Below, one piece after another: positions 20,016-29,125 of a stretch of DNA of 64,000 nucleotides. Within the stretch, counting starts at the first letter, position 1, and each line of letters begins with the position of its first letter. The translations under genes were made by a program, and so were the position numbers. Source of the stretch: an uncultured Anaerolineales bacterium (GTDB taxonomy: Bacteria > Chloroflexota > Anaerolineae > UBA7937 > B3-Chlor). The notes under the pieces are model-generated. The model saw nothing but the letters and a program-made list of their open reading frames with translations, made no database searches and had not been told where the DNA came from. Location: contig CAZOBP010000003.1 in the NCBI GenBank assembly GCA_964577995.1, positions 10,396 through 74,395 on the forward strand. Direction: 5' to 3'.

Positions 20016-21407
20016 ATGCCAATGGACATGCTGGACTTGGCCTGGCGGTTCTTCAGCTCCCGAAGGTTGACCATCGCGCTCCTGGTCATCATGGTCCTCG
20101 TCCTGGCGTGCGGAGCCGTCCTGCCCCAGATGCCGGACGATGTGACAGTCGGTTCTCCCCAGCATGCCCGCTGGTATGCCTCGGTCCAGGCCCACTATCT
20201 ACAGTGGGCCGATCGCCTGGACCAGCTAGGTCTCTTCTCGATACGTGACTCTCTGTGGTTGAGGACCCCCTTGGCGCTGCTGCTAGTCAATCTAGTGGTC
20301 TGCACCGCTGAACAGATTTGGACGATTCTACGCGAAGGAAAGCTTGGCCCACAGGAGTTTGCCAAGGCCTTTCCTCCAGACTCCGAGACTCACTCTTTCC
20401 TGTTCACCGGAGACGCACATTCGGCCTTGGGACGGTCGCGTCAGCTTCTCGAGACACATGGCTACAGGGTCCGCACACAGGAAGGCACCAGCGAGTCCCA
20501 CCTGGCCGCACGACGCTTTCCCTCCTCCAGGTGGGGAATCGTACTCGCCCACGGAGCGCTGACTCTGATCGTGGCCAGTGCCCTGATTGGCGGACGCCTC
20601 GGTTGGCACGAGCGTGGGATCACCCTGGGCCCTGGTCAGGAGTACCAGGTCCAACATGCAGAATCCACGAGCGTGCGCCTGGAGGACTTCCAGGTTGAGC
20701 TCTACCCCGATGGCAGACCTCGCTGGTACAAGGCAGATGTCGCTCTCCTCGAGAGCGGAGCTGTGGCGACGAGCGCCGTCCTCACCGCGGGCGCTCCTCT
20801 CTCGTACAGGGGCATGTCCTTCCATCAGTTGTCGCACGGTCCCCTCGTCAGCATCAGGGCTTTGGATGCGGAGGGCGTACCTGTCACCCTACAGACGCTC
20901 GGGACCTCCAGCATGATCGTTGAAGAGGCCAGCCTCCAGCTCTCTGAGGACGAGAGGGAAGGGTACATAGCTGTGCCTGCCAGGAACTTGGTGCTGCAAG
21001 CGGTCTTGCAGCCAGAGCCGGTCTCGGGTACCGAGGACTCGCCTAGCCTACTTCTGCAAGCCTATCGGGGGGGCGCCACAGACCTCGTGTATAGCGAAAC
21101 GCTCCGCGGCTCAGCACGCGTAGATATCGAGGGAGATACATACACCATAGAGTGGGGCCAGTATGCGATCATAGGCATAGCATCCGATCCGACCTTCTCT
21201 CTGGTCCTGCTTGGCGCGGTCGCACTGCTTGTGGGAATCATAGCCACCACGTGCCGTCGACCACGCTTCATCCGGGCAGCTTACACGGGCAAACAAGGTG
21301 TGGTGGAGATGCGACTCCTCTATAGGGGCTACGCAGGCGACATCACGGAGACCCACGACTTCGGCACCTTGATGGCGGAGATGGAGGAGGTCTGTCGTGG
21401 AGGCTGA
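20016..21407 (+). CDS. resB: cytochrome c biogenesis protein ResB/CcsB (system II)
   Basis: FSSRRLTIALLVIMVLVLACGAVLPQ N-terminal TM, large soluble middle region, and a C-terminal TM pair; overlaps ccsA. Confidence 0.75.
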   Translation: MPMDMLDLAWRFFSSRRLTIALLVIMVLVLACGAVLPQMPDDVTVGSPQHARWYASVQAHYLQWADRLDQLGLFSIRDSLWLRTPLALLLVNLVVCTAEQIWTILREGKLGPQEFAKAFPPDSETHSFLFTGDAHSALGRSRQLLETHGYRVRTQEGTSESHLAARRFPSSRWGIVLAHGALTLIVASALIGGRLGWHERGITLGPGQEYQVQHAESTSVRLEDFQVELYPDGRPRWYKADVALLESGAVATSAVLTAGAPLSYRGMSFHQLSHGPLVSIRALDAEGVPVTLQTLGTSSMIVEEASLQLSEDEREGYIAVPARNLVLQAVLQPEPVSGTEDSPSLLLQAYRGGATDLVYSETLRGSARVDIEGDTYTIEWGQYAIIGIASDPTFSLVLLGAVALLVGIIATTCRRPRFIRAAYTGKQGVVEMRLLYRGYAGDITETHDFGTLMAEMEEVCRGG

Positions 21408-22206
21408 CAGGGTCCTATACTTCGCGGCCAGCTTCGCGCTCTTCGGCCTCGTCTTCCTGCAATGGGTAGCGCTCTACCGACCACGTCGGGTCACGAACAA
21501 GCTGCGCACGGGGACACATCTGCTGTTTCTCGGCATCCAGGGTGCGGCACTGGTTTGCTCTGTCGCCAAGTGGGGCCTTCTCGGGATGGCCCATCCGTGG
21601 CCCAGCACCATGCTGGTTGTCGAGGGTGCTCTTTTTCTGACCCTGCTGATAGACACACCCGGACCATCCACGGGCGCGGGTGCCGTTGTCGCGAGCCTCG
21701 CCTTTCTCGTGCACTCCTACGCGCTCCTGCTGGGTGTCCCACCAACAGAGACCCTGGAGATCTCCCCTTTCGCCCGGAGCATCTGGTACGCCATGCACGT
21801 GATGAGCGGCCTCATGGCTTGCAGCGCCTACCTCTGCGCTGGAGGAGGGGCCATCGCCTACGCTCTCTCGGGTCCATTCCGTGGAGCCGGACCCGTGCTG
21901 CGAGAGTTCTCGCCTCCCGATTGTCTGTCCTTCACCAGAAGGGCTCTAGTGCTGGCGTTCCCCTCGTTGAGCGCTTCCGCAGTCACCCAGGCCCTGTGGA
22001 CTTACCTTGGCTGGGGTAGTTACTGGACCTGGCGTCCCGCACAGCTCTGGCTCCTTTTCCTCTGGCTGGTCCTCGCCATCACCCTTCACGTACCCACCAT
22101 GCGGCCTCGCCTGCAACGGACAACAGCCTTCCTCTCGATCCTCGGCTGCCTCCTGGCCCTTCTGGGCCTGCCGCTCCTTGGCAGTGTACTGACTGCGGTC
22201 TGGTAG
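21397..22206 (+). CDS. ccsA: cytochrome c-type biogenesis protein CcsA/ResC (heme-handling, W-rich motif)
   Basis: Polytopic; Trp-rich WTYLGWGSYWTWRPAQLWLLFLW resembles the WWD heme-handling motif; immediately follows resB. Confidence 0.65.
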   Translation: MEADRVLYFAASFALFGLVFLQWVALYRPRRVTNKLRTGTHLLFLGIQGAALVCSVAKWGLLGMAHPWPSTMLVVEGALFLTLLIDTPGPSTGAGAVVASLAFLVHSYALLLGVPPTETLEISPFARSIWYAMHVMSGLMACSAYLCAGGGAIAYALSGPFRGAGPVLREFSPPDCLSFTRRALVLAFPSLSASAVTQALWTYLGWGSYWTWRPAQLWLLFLWLVLAITLHVPTMRPRLQRTTAFLSILGCLLALLGLPLLGSVLTAVW

Positions 22207-22337
22207 CACCGCTCGCCGGGGTGCATTCTCCAGGCCGGCCTGACCGGAGACGGTTCTGAGACAACTCGTCAGGCTCTCCCACCCAAGCCTCGTGGCCAGC
22301 AGTCACTCACTCCTGGAAGAGGGCGCTCGCCCCACTC

Positions 22338-22763
22338 CTACCAGAGGGCGAGTCCAGTGGCCTCGTCGTGGGTTCGCTCCGGCACGGGACCAGTCAGGGC
22401 CGTGATGGAGAACTCGCAGGCGAAGGCAACCGTCCCCTCCAGCAGATGCCCGCCAAAGCACCGTCCATCCCTGTCTGCCAGGATCACGTGGCAGTGAAGA
22501 AAAGTGTCACCATCCTTCCTGGAGATGTTGCCAGTGAGCGAAGCGATCTCCATTCCCTCGTCGAACCACGTCTCGCGGTATGCACGAGCCTCGCGGTCGT
22601 AGTACCCGACTCCGCCCCGCTCCACTGCGCCGAGCGCCTCGACCCAGCCCACCGCCACACCTTGGCGCGCGCAGAACTCGGTCAAGCTGCTCAACACGTC
22701 ATCGCCCCGCTCTAGCCGGCCGAGCAGTACTCTCTGCCCATCGAATTCAAAGTATTTCACCAT
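22338..22763 (-). CDS. PPC/DUF296 domain protein (plants-and-prokaryotes conserved DNA-binding-like domain)
   Basis: 141 aa; ..LTGNIS...G..FLHCHVILAD.DG...GGHL.EGT matches the DUF296 pattern. Confidence 0.65.
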   Translation of the reverse strand: MVKYFEFDGQRVLLGRLERGDDVLSSLTEFCARQGVAVGWVEALGAVERGGVGYYDREARAYRETWFDEGMEIASLTGNISRKDGDTFLHCHVILADRDGRCFGGHLLEGTVAFACEFSITALTGPVPERTHDEATGLALW

Positions 22764-22853
22764 TGTACCTCCCGATCCACCCCCAGGGATCGCTTTCCTC
22801 CCAGGGTACCCGAAAACACCCGAACGTTCGCTGTCCTGGAAGAGTAGGTGGCC

Positions 22854-23768
22854 TCAACTCCGCCCACCGTTCACCTGGGCCTGATCACCAGCAGTCCTGA
22901 CTGCGCCCCCTGCCCATTCGACCGCCAGGACGGGCCCTCTGAGGGCGGTGAGCTGCTCCAGCATCCGCGCAAAATGGTGCGGACGGCCGCTGGTGTAGAA
23001 GACATATCTTCCCATCTCTCTCTCTCTGAGAAGCCCGTCTTTCTTCAGTACTCGTGCGGTCTGTCGGGCGACGCCCAGGCTAGGATCGAGAATCTCCTCC
23101 ATGAGGGGTCGAAGAAACGGATAGTGTGTGCACCCCAGCACCAATGAATCCACGCCTGCCTCAACCATGGGCGTCAGATAGGCTCTCAGCATCTCTCTCG
23201 TCGTGGGCGCTGCGACCAGTCCTGCCTCCACTTGCTCCACCAGACCCGGGCAACTGCGAGTCAGCTCGGCCACGCCTTTCGCGAACCGCTCGATCACGCT
23301 GGCGAAGAGAGCACCCTGAAATGTCACCTCGGTGGCGATCACGCCAACGATCTTGGTGCCTCAACGTTCGGCGGCGGCCTTCAACGCGGGCTCCATGCCC
23401 ACGATGGGCACCTCGAAGCTCTCACGAAGGTAGTGCAATGCAGCAGCGGACGCGGTGTTGCAGGCCGCGACGATGATCCAGGCACCCTGCGACACCAGAA
23501 AGTGAACTATCTCACGCGCGAGCTCTCCTATCTCCTCGTGCGTGCGGCGCCCGTATGGACAGTGGATCGTGTCCGCGAAGAATAGCACGTCTTCGTGAGG
23601 TAGCTCTCTGACGACCTCCTTCATGACTGATAGGCCGCCCACACAGGAGTCCAAGATTCCTACAGGGCCTTTGTGCTCACCCATCTGCCTCACTCCGAGC
23701 ACAACCTGTTCCCCGCACCAGAGTATTATGCCTAGCATAGGGCGTCTTGTCAAGACTTGCTTGCCCAC
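22854..23768 (-). pseudogene. murI: glutamate racemase interrupted by an in-frame TGA (two ORF pieces, 23361-23768 and 22854-23342)
   Basis: The N-piece has ILDSCVGGLSVMKEV...FFADTIHCPYG...IIVAACNTASA; the C-piece has VLGCTHYPFL; the reverse-complement of 23341-23400 reads PALKAAAER*GTKIVGVIATEV in one frame, so a single opal codon is the interruption rather than a frameshift. Confidence 0.8.
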
Positions 23769-23804
23769 TGGAAATCCCGTAGAATGGAGAGATGGAGATT
23801 ACGC

Positions 23805-24770
23805 ATGAGCTCACGCTCCGGCAAGATACTCGTAGTGGATGATGATCCAATTGTGCGCGAAGTTGTCTCTGAGTCCCTGGAGGCAGAGGGACTCAGTGTC
23901 ATCTGTGCCCCAGACGGCCAAGAGGGATTGAGGCTAGCCAGACAAGAGAAGCCCGATCTGGTGCTGCTCGACGTTCGCATGCCTCGCATGGACGGGTTGG
24001 AGCTCTGCCGTCAACTCAGGCGTGGGTTTCTGACCTCGACCATACCTATCATCATGTTGACCTCCCTCAACGGGACCGCGGACAAGGTCGAGGGCATGCG
24101 GATGGGGGCGGATGACTACGTGACAAAGCCTTTTGACCCACAGGAACTCATCGCTCGTGTCTCCACTCACTTGCACCGAACGGAGCGAGACATACAAACG
24201 AGTCCTCTTACTAGGCTGCCGGGCAATCTTGCCGTCGAAAGGGCCATTCGAGACAGACTATCTGCGGGTGGGCTGTTCGCCGTCTGCTACTTCGATCTGG
24301 ACCATTTCAAACCCTACAACAGCAGGTACGGTTTCGTGGCCGGAGACCTGGTGATACAAATGCTGAGCGACCTGATAGTCGGGGCGGTCCTGGAGCATGG
24401 AAACGATGATGACTTCGTAGGCCACGAGGGCGGCGATGATTTCGTGGTCGTCACCACACCCGACAAGGCCGAGGCCGTCTGCAAGACCGTCATAGCAACT
24501 TTCGACGAGATGATCCCCCAGCACTACAACGATCAAGATCGAACGCAAGGGTTCTCCCTCGGCCGAGACAGACAGGGAGTAGAGGTCAGTTTTCCGCTGA
24601 TGAGCGTTTCTGGCGCGGTTGTCACCAACCATCGCAGAACTCTTATGCACCCCCGCCAAGTGGCCGAGATAGCTGCCGAGGTACTCTCGTACGTCAAGAC
24701 CGTGGAAGGGAGCAACTACCTCTTCGACAGACGGGGAGACAACGCAGAAGGACCACCCCAGGAGGTGTGA
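23805..24770 (+). CDS. response regulator with GGDEF (diguanylate cyclase-like) output domain carrying a variant GGDDF motif
   Basis: REC: KILVVDDDPIVREV...LVLLDVRMPRMDG; GGDEF: YFDLDHFKPYNSRYGFVAGDLVIQ...GHEGGDDFVVV; no R..D I-site. Confidence 0.8.
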   Translation: MSSRSGKILVVDDDPIVREVVSESLEAEGLSVICAPDGQEGLRLARQEKPDLVLLDVRMPRMDGLELCRQLRRGFLTSTIPIIMLTSLNGTADKVEGMRMGADDYVTKPFDPQELIARVSTHLHRTERDIQTSPLTRLPGNLAVERAIRDRLSAGGLFAVCYFDLDHFKPYNSRYGFVAGDLVIQMLSDLIVGAVLEHGNDDDFVGHEGGDDFVVVTTPDKAEAVCKTVIATFDEMIPQHYNDQDRTQGFSLGRDRQGVEVSFPLMSVSGAVVTNHRRTLMHPRQVAEIAAEVLSYVKTVEGSNYLFDRRGDNAEGPPQEV

Positions 24771-24778
24771 TCGCACGA

Positions 24779-25048
24779 ATGCCCATTTACGAATACGAGT
24801 GTCAGTCCTGCGGGAGAAGATTCGAGGTATTCCAGCACTTCTCTGATGAGCCAGTCGAGACCTGCCCAGAATGTGAAGGACCGGTTCGTCGCCTCATCCA
24901 ACCAGTGGGTATCATCTTCAAAGGATCAGGGTTCTACGTGACGGACAACCGGCAACTCCCGGCGGGGGAGGCAGCCAAGGAGCTACCAGGAGGGGATGGT
25001 AGCAAGAAAAAGGAGAAGGAGAAAGAAGCAAGCAGCGCCAAGGATTAG
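24779..25048 (+). CDS. FmdB family zinc-ribbon protein
   Basis: MPIYEYECQSCG..FEV......E..TCPECEG.V.RLI; Lys/Glu-rich tail GSKKKEKEKEASSAKD. Confidence 0.75.
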   Translation: MPIYEYECQSCGRRFEVFQHFSDEPVETCPECEGPVRRLIQPVGIIFKGSGFYVTDNRQLPAGEAAKELPGGDGSKKKEKEKEASSAKD

Positions 25049-25068
25049 GCTCGATGCCGGATGCGCCG

Positions 25069-25368
25069 CTAGAGCTGAAACTGACCGGTGGCAGGCACCA
25101 CCTTGTAGTGGTAGTTGCGTACGTAGCCGAGGAGCTTTGCCTCCAGGCCCTCCCAGCCCTCGCTTTCCAGAATGCCTATCATCGTCTCGCGATCTTTGGC
25201 GATGCCTCCTGCCAGCACCTGAGGGCCGTTCCCAACCACCGTATACCACGCTTCGGTGGGCTGGATCCCCAGCTCCATCATCTGCGGGGTGAACTCTCGG
25301 CTCACAAACTCCATGTATTCTGCTTCTTTGCCGGGCCTGATGTCCCAGCTCATGAGCAGCTTGATCAT
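25069..25368 (-). CDS. hypothetical protein (possible small alpha/beta-barrel, Dabb/NIPSNAP-like)
   Basis: 99-aa ORF with coding-like composition; no firm family assignment. Confidence 0.4.
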   Translation of the reverse strand: MIKLLMSWDIRPGKEAEYMEFVSREFTPQMMELGIQPTEAWYTVVGNGPQVLAGGIAKDRETMIGILESEGWEGLEAKLLGYVRNYHYKVVPATGQFQL

Positions 25369-25465
25369 GGTTCAGCCTCTTTCCAAACTACTTGCCCACA
25401 CCTACAAGCATACCAGATAGTGTTCGCCCGGTCAAGTCCTGCACGAGAGCGCTGAGGTCGAAGAG

Positions 25466-25903
25466 ATGCGTGTAGTAGTTCAGCGAGTCAGCAAAGGCTC
25501 CGTCTCCGTGGACGGCGAGGTCGTGGGGAGCATCGACCGGGGCCTGGTCCTGCTCGTCGGCGTGACCCACGCCGATGGAGAAGATGAGGCCAGGTTCCTG
25601 GCGAAGAAGATCGCCAACCTGCGCATCTTCGCGGATGACGAAGGCAAGTTCAACCGTTCGGCGCTGGACGTGGGCGCTGACGTACTCGTCGTTTCCCAGT
25701 TCACGCTGTACGGTGATGCACGGAAGGGACGTCGTCCCAGCTTCGTCAAGGCAGCCCAACCTGAGGTCGCCGAGCCGCTGATAGAGAGGTTCGTGTCTTT
25801 CTTGAAGGAGGAAGGCCTGCGGGTCGAGACCGGGGTCTTCGGCGCCATGATGCTGGTGGAGATTCACAACGACGGCCCCGTCACCATCATCCTCGACAAG
25901 TAG
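25466..25903 (+). CDS. dtd: D-aminoacyl-tRNA deacylase
   Basis: [29 protein letters not shown]...D....A.FLAKKI.NLRIF.D..GK.N.S.LDVG...LVVSQFTLY. Confidence 0.9.
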   Translation: MRVVVQRVSKGSVSVDGEVVGSIDRGLVLLVGVTHADGEDEARFLAKKIANLRIFADDEGKFNRSALDVGADVLVVSQFTLYGDARKGRRPSFVKAAQPEVAEPLIERFVSFLKEEGLRVETGVFGAMMLVEIHNDGPVTIILDK

Positions 25904-26768
25904 CTCCAGTTGCCTCCACCACTTGCCTCACCGACTCAATACCCTCCTTGATGAAGCCATCGCTTGCTGGGTACTGCGGCGAGTGCTCGAAGACTATGGT
26001 CAGATCGTTCCTCCGCCCCGCGAGCACACACCCTAGGATGGCAACCACGTCCGCCCACCCTTCCTCGGGCAGTTGCGAGGGGTTGACCGGTACGTGGTGG
26101 TACTTGCGGTACATCTCCGGCGTTGCGTTGTAGACATGCAGAATGGTCGTGTACGGCGCGAGTGCAGTGGAGAACTCGAGCGAGTCGAACCCCGAGTAGA
26201 TAGACATCAGATGCAGATGCCCGATGTCCAAACAGAACTCCAGACGCGGGTGAGCCTCCATCACCTCCACGAAGGCCTCGAACTGGAAGAAGTAGGGATT
26301 GGGCCCCACATTCTCGAGGACAAAAGGGATGCCTGACTCCTGACTCCACGCCGACAGAAGATCGCAGCTATTGTGGGCTAGCTCGATTATCGTGTCCTCA
26401 CTGAGCATGGGCCGGGGCTCCCAGATCACTGAAGGTATGTGCCCAATCACGTACTCCGCACCATACCTGACCGCGGTCTGCATCGTGCGATACATGGAAT
26501 CGAGAGTCCGCCAACGTTTCTCTTCATCGGGATCGGTCAGGAAGGGGAAGTCGTCGGATGGCAGGCGGGGCAACGGGTCGTGGAACCCATAAGTCAAACC
26601 CCTGCCCAACGCGAACTCCATGACCAGAGGCAGCGTATCCTCGTCATAGAAACCGATCTCGAGCTTGCGGAAGCGCCCCAACTCCAGCAGATGGTCCAGC
26701 CGCTCCAGATCGGCGCGAATGGACGAAGTAGAGATAGAGAACTCGATCATACGTCGAGATTCTATCAC
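25887..26768 (-). CDS. sugar phosphate isomerase/epimerase (xylose-isomerase-like TIM barrel)
   Basis: 293 aa; ..[14 protein letters not shown]..; [10 protein letters not shown]; and other AP_endonuc_2/TIM-barrel-like blocks; the family call is tentative. Confidence 0.5.
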   Translation of the reverse strand: MIESRRMIEFSISTSSIRADLERLDHLLELGRFRKLEIGFYDEDTLPLVMEFALGRGLTYGFHDPLPRLPSDDFPFLTDPDEEKRWRTLDSMYRTMQTAVRYGAEYVIGHIPSVIWEPRPMLSEDTIIELAHNSCDLLSAWSQESGIPFVLENVGPNPYFFQFEAFVEVMEAHPRLEFCLDIGHLHLMSIYSGFDSLEFSTALAPYTTILHVYNATPEMYRKYHHVPVNPSQLPEEGWADVVAILGCVLAGRRNDLTIVFEHSPQYPASDGFIKEGIESVRQVVEATGATCRG

Positions 26769-27051
26769 AGCTTGCGCTGGAGGGACAGGAAAAGCGTGTT
26801 CGCGGCTGAGATGGATGCCCGCCGTTCACGTGAACTGGTCCCGCCGTGAGCGTCTTCTCTCCGCCATGGACAGACGGAAGGCGTCAAGAAAGCGGGCACG
26901 GCCCAGGTGTGCGCGGCCGATCCAGGCCCCAGTCGCCGTGGCCCACCGCTCGATGTGACCTCCTGCGTGACCTTGCCCGGGCCCTAGACGCCGCTCAGGA
27001 TGACCTCGGCCCCGGCTCCGCTCTCAATCGCCAACGACCTCACACAAGTGC

Positions 27052-27080
27052 TTGCCCCAGTATCGTATGGGGCTTATAAT
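27052..27080 (+). promoter_or_regulatory. sigma-70-like promoter (TTGCCC-N17-TATAAT) upstream of the molybdoenzyme gene
   Basis: ttgccc cagtatcgtatggggct tataat ~33 nt before the ATG at 27113. Confidence 0.35.
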
Positions 27081-27112
27081 CCTGCCCACGAATCTGAACT
27101 GGAGTAACATCC

Positions 27113-29119
27113 ATGTGTGCCGAGGCCGCTCGAACCTTCTGTCAGATCTGCCGCGCCGAGTGCGGCATGATCGTACACGTTGAAGCTGACAGAGTCGTCC
27201 GAGCGGAAGGTGACCCCGAAGACCAATGGAGCCGGGGCAAGCTGTGCGTCAAGGGTCGCCATGCGCCACAGATTCTGTACGCCCAGGATCGCCTGCTCCA
27301 CCCACTGATCAGAAAAACGAAGGGCGGTGCCTTCCAGCGTTCCTCCTGGGAAGACGCGATAGACTTCATCGCCGACAAGATGGAGAAGATCAAGGAACGG
27401 TACGGCCCTGAAGCCTTGGTCTTCTACCATGGCACCACCGCAAAGGTGCTGGATGAGGCTGTGCTCCGCCGCCTGGCCAAGCTCTACGGCACGCCAAACG
27501 TCACCGGGACCTGGTCCGTCTGCGTAGGACCCAAGATCCTGGCCTACAACAACACCTTTGGCCGCCCGCCTATGCCCTGGTGCGACCTCGAGAACGCCAG
27601 CTACATTGTACTGTGGGGCACCAACCCGCCCGCTACCCACATGCATCGCTATCACGGAATCAGCACCGACATCATGACCGCGCGGAGGAGAGGGGCCAGG
27701 CTGGCGGTCATCGACCCGCGACGCACACCCATCGCTGTCAAGGCCGATCACTATCTCCAGATCAGGCCAGGCACCGATCTCGCGCTGGGCCTGGCGATGA
27801 TCCAGCACATCATAGAGAACGACCTGTACGACAAGGACTTCGTGGCGGCTCACACGTATGGTTTCGACCGCTTGGCCGAGCACGTCGCCCCCTACACTCC
27901 TCACTGGGCACAAGAGATCACCGATATTCCTGCTGCGTCCATAGAGCAACTGGCGGAGGACTTTGCCCGCTCCAAGCCCGCAACTCTGGATAGACGGCAA
28001 GGAGTACAGCACTGCCGGAACGCTACCCAGACTCTGCGGGCCATGGCCATACTCATGGCCATCACTGGGAACGTGGATGTGCGCGGGGGGCTGATGCTTA
28101 CACCCTATCGTAGCCTCAAGAGCCTCCCTGTGCCTGATGACCTTCCCCAGCCAGCGAAAAGCTTCTGGCGGGACAGATACCCCCTGGCTAGAGACGCCAG
28201 CGCCATGCTCCCTGAGGTCATCCTGACCGAGAACCCCTACCCCGTTCGAGGCCTGGTCGTCATCGAGGGCAACCCCATGTCCTGCTTTGCCAACACGGGC
28301 AAAGCACACCAAGCCCTGACCAGCCTTGACCTGCTCGTTGTTCACGACCTATTCATGAACGAGACAGCCGAACTCGCCGATGTGTTCCTTCCAGCGTGTA
28401 CCTTCCTCGAGAAGGGAGAGATCAGTGTCCAATCTCTGAGAACAGACTACCCGGTGCGGACCAGGATGCCGGTGGTCCGGCCCCTTGGCCAGTCCCTTCC
28501 CGAATGGAAGTTCTTGTCCATGCTCGGTCAGAGACTGGGCTACGAGCAGTTCTTCCCCTTCATCAGCGACGAGGAGGTCATTGAGGCGGTGCTCCAACGA
28601 GCAGGCTGGACCGGACACGAGCCGGCCACGCCTGCGGTCAACGGTCGCGCGCTCGAGAAGGGCTTCACCACACCCTCGGGCAAGATCGAGCTCTACAGTG
28701 CGGCGTTGGAGGAGCAGGGGTTCGATCCCCTGCCCACCGCCCCATTGGAGTGGCCAAACGACGACGCCTATCCATACTACTTGATCACTGGAGCCAGAGT
28801 GCCGCAGTTCTACCACTCCCAGCAGCGCAACATCCCCAACCTTCGCAGGGCGCATCCCGAGCCTCTGGCCGAGATGAGCCCCACCCTGGCTTCGGACATA
28901 GGCGTGAGCGACGGGGACGAGGTGAAACTGGAGACCACGGTCGGCGCTGCTGTCTACAGGGCCAAGGTGGTTGACGGCATACATCCCCGCACAGTGTCCA
29001 TCCCCCACGGCTGGACCGGTGCGCACAACGCCAACTGGTTGATCGACGATCTCTCCTGCGATCCTTTGGCCGCCACACCTCCCTTCAGAGACATGCACTG
29101 CCGGGTAGAGAGGCTTTAG
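27113..29119 (+). CDS. molybdopterin (bis-MGD) oxidoreductase catalytic subunit, formate-dehydrogenase/DMSO-reductase superfamily, no Tat signal
   Basis: N-terminal 4Fe-4S motif C.2C.3C.27C (CQICRAECGM...GKLCVKG); the molybdopterin_oxidoreductase and C-terminal molydop_binding regions (..ITGARVPQFYHSQQRN..) are conserved. Confidence 0.85.
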   Translation: MCAEAARTFCQICRAECGMIVHVEADRVVRAEGDPEDQWSRGKLCVKGRHAPQILYAQDRLLHPLIRKTKGGAFQRSSWEDAIDFIADKMEKIKERYGPEALVFYHGTTAKVLDEAVLRRLAKLYGTPNVTGTWSVCVGPKILAYNNTFGRPPMPWCDLENASYIVLWGTNPPATHMHRYHGISTDIMTARRRGARLAVIDPRRTPIAVKADHYLQIRPGTDLALGLAMIQHIIENDLYDKDFVAAHTYGFDRLAEHVAPYTPHWAQEITDIPAASIEQLAEDFARSKPATLDRRQGVQHCRNATQTLRAMAILMAITGNVDVRGGLMLTPYRSLKSLPVPDDLPQPAKSFWRDRYPLARDASAMLPEVILTENPYPVRGLVVIEGNPMSCFANTGKAHQALTSLDLLVVHDLFMNETAELADVFLPACTFLEKGEISVQSLRTDYPVRTRMPVVRPLGQSLPEWKFLSMLGQRLGYEQFFPFISDEEVIEAVLQRAGWTGHEPATPAVNGRALEKGFTTPSGKIELYSAALEEQGFDPLPTAPLEWPNDDAYPYYLITGARVPQFYHSQQRNIPNLRRAHPEPLAEMSPTLASDIGVSDGDEVKLETTVGAAVYRAKVVDGIHPRTVSIPHGWTGAHNANWLIDDLSCDPLAATPPFRDMHCRVERL

Positions 29120-29125
29120 GAGACC

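Noticed and set aside
23358-23360. TGA in murI as selenocysteine or a reassigned sense codon
   Set aside because: The position is a variable linker rather than an active site; no SECIS-like hairpin is evident immediately downstream; TGA functions as a stop at other gene ends in the window. An error, a pseudogene or readthrough is more likely
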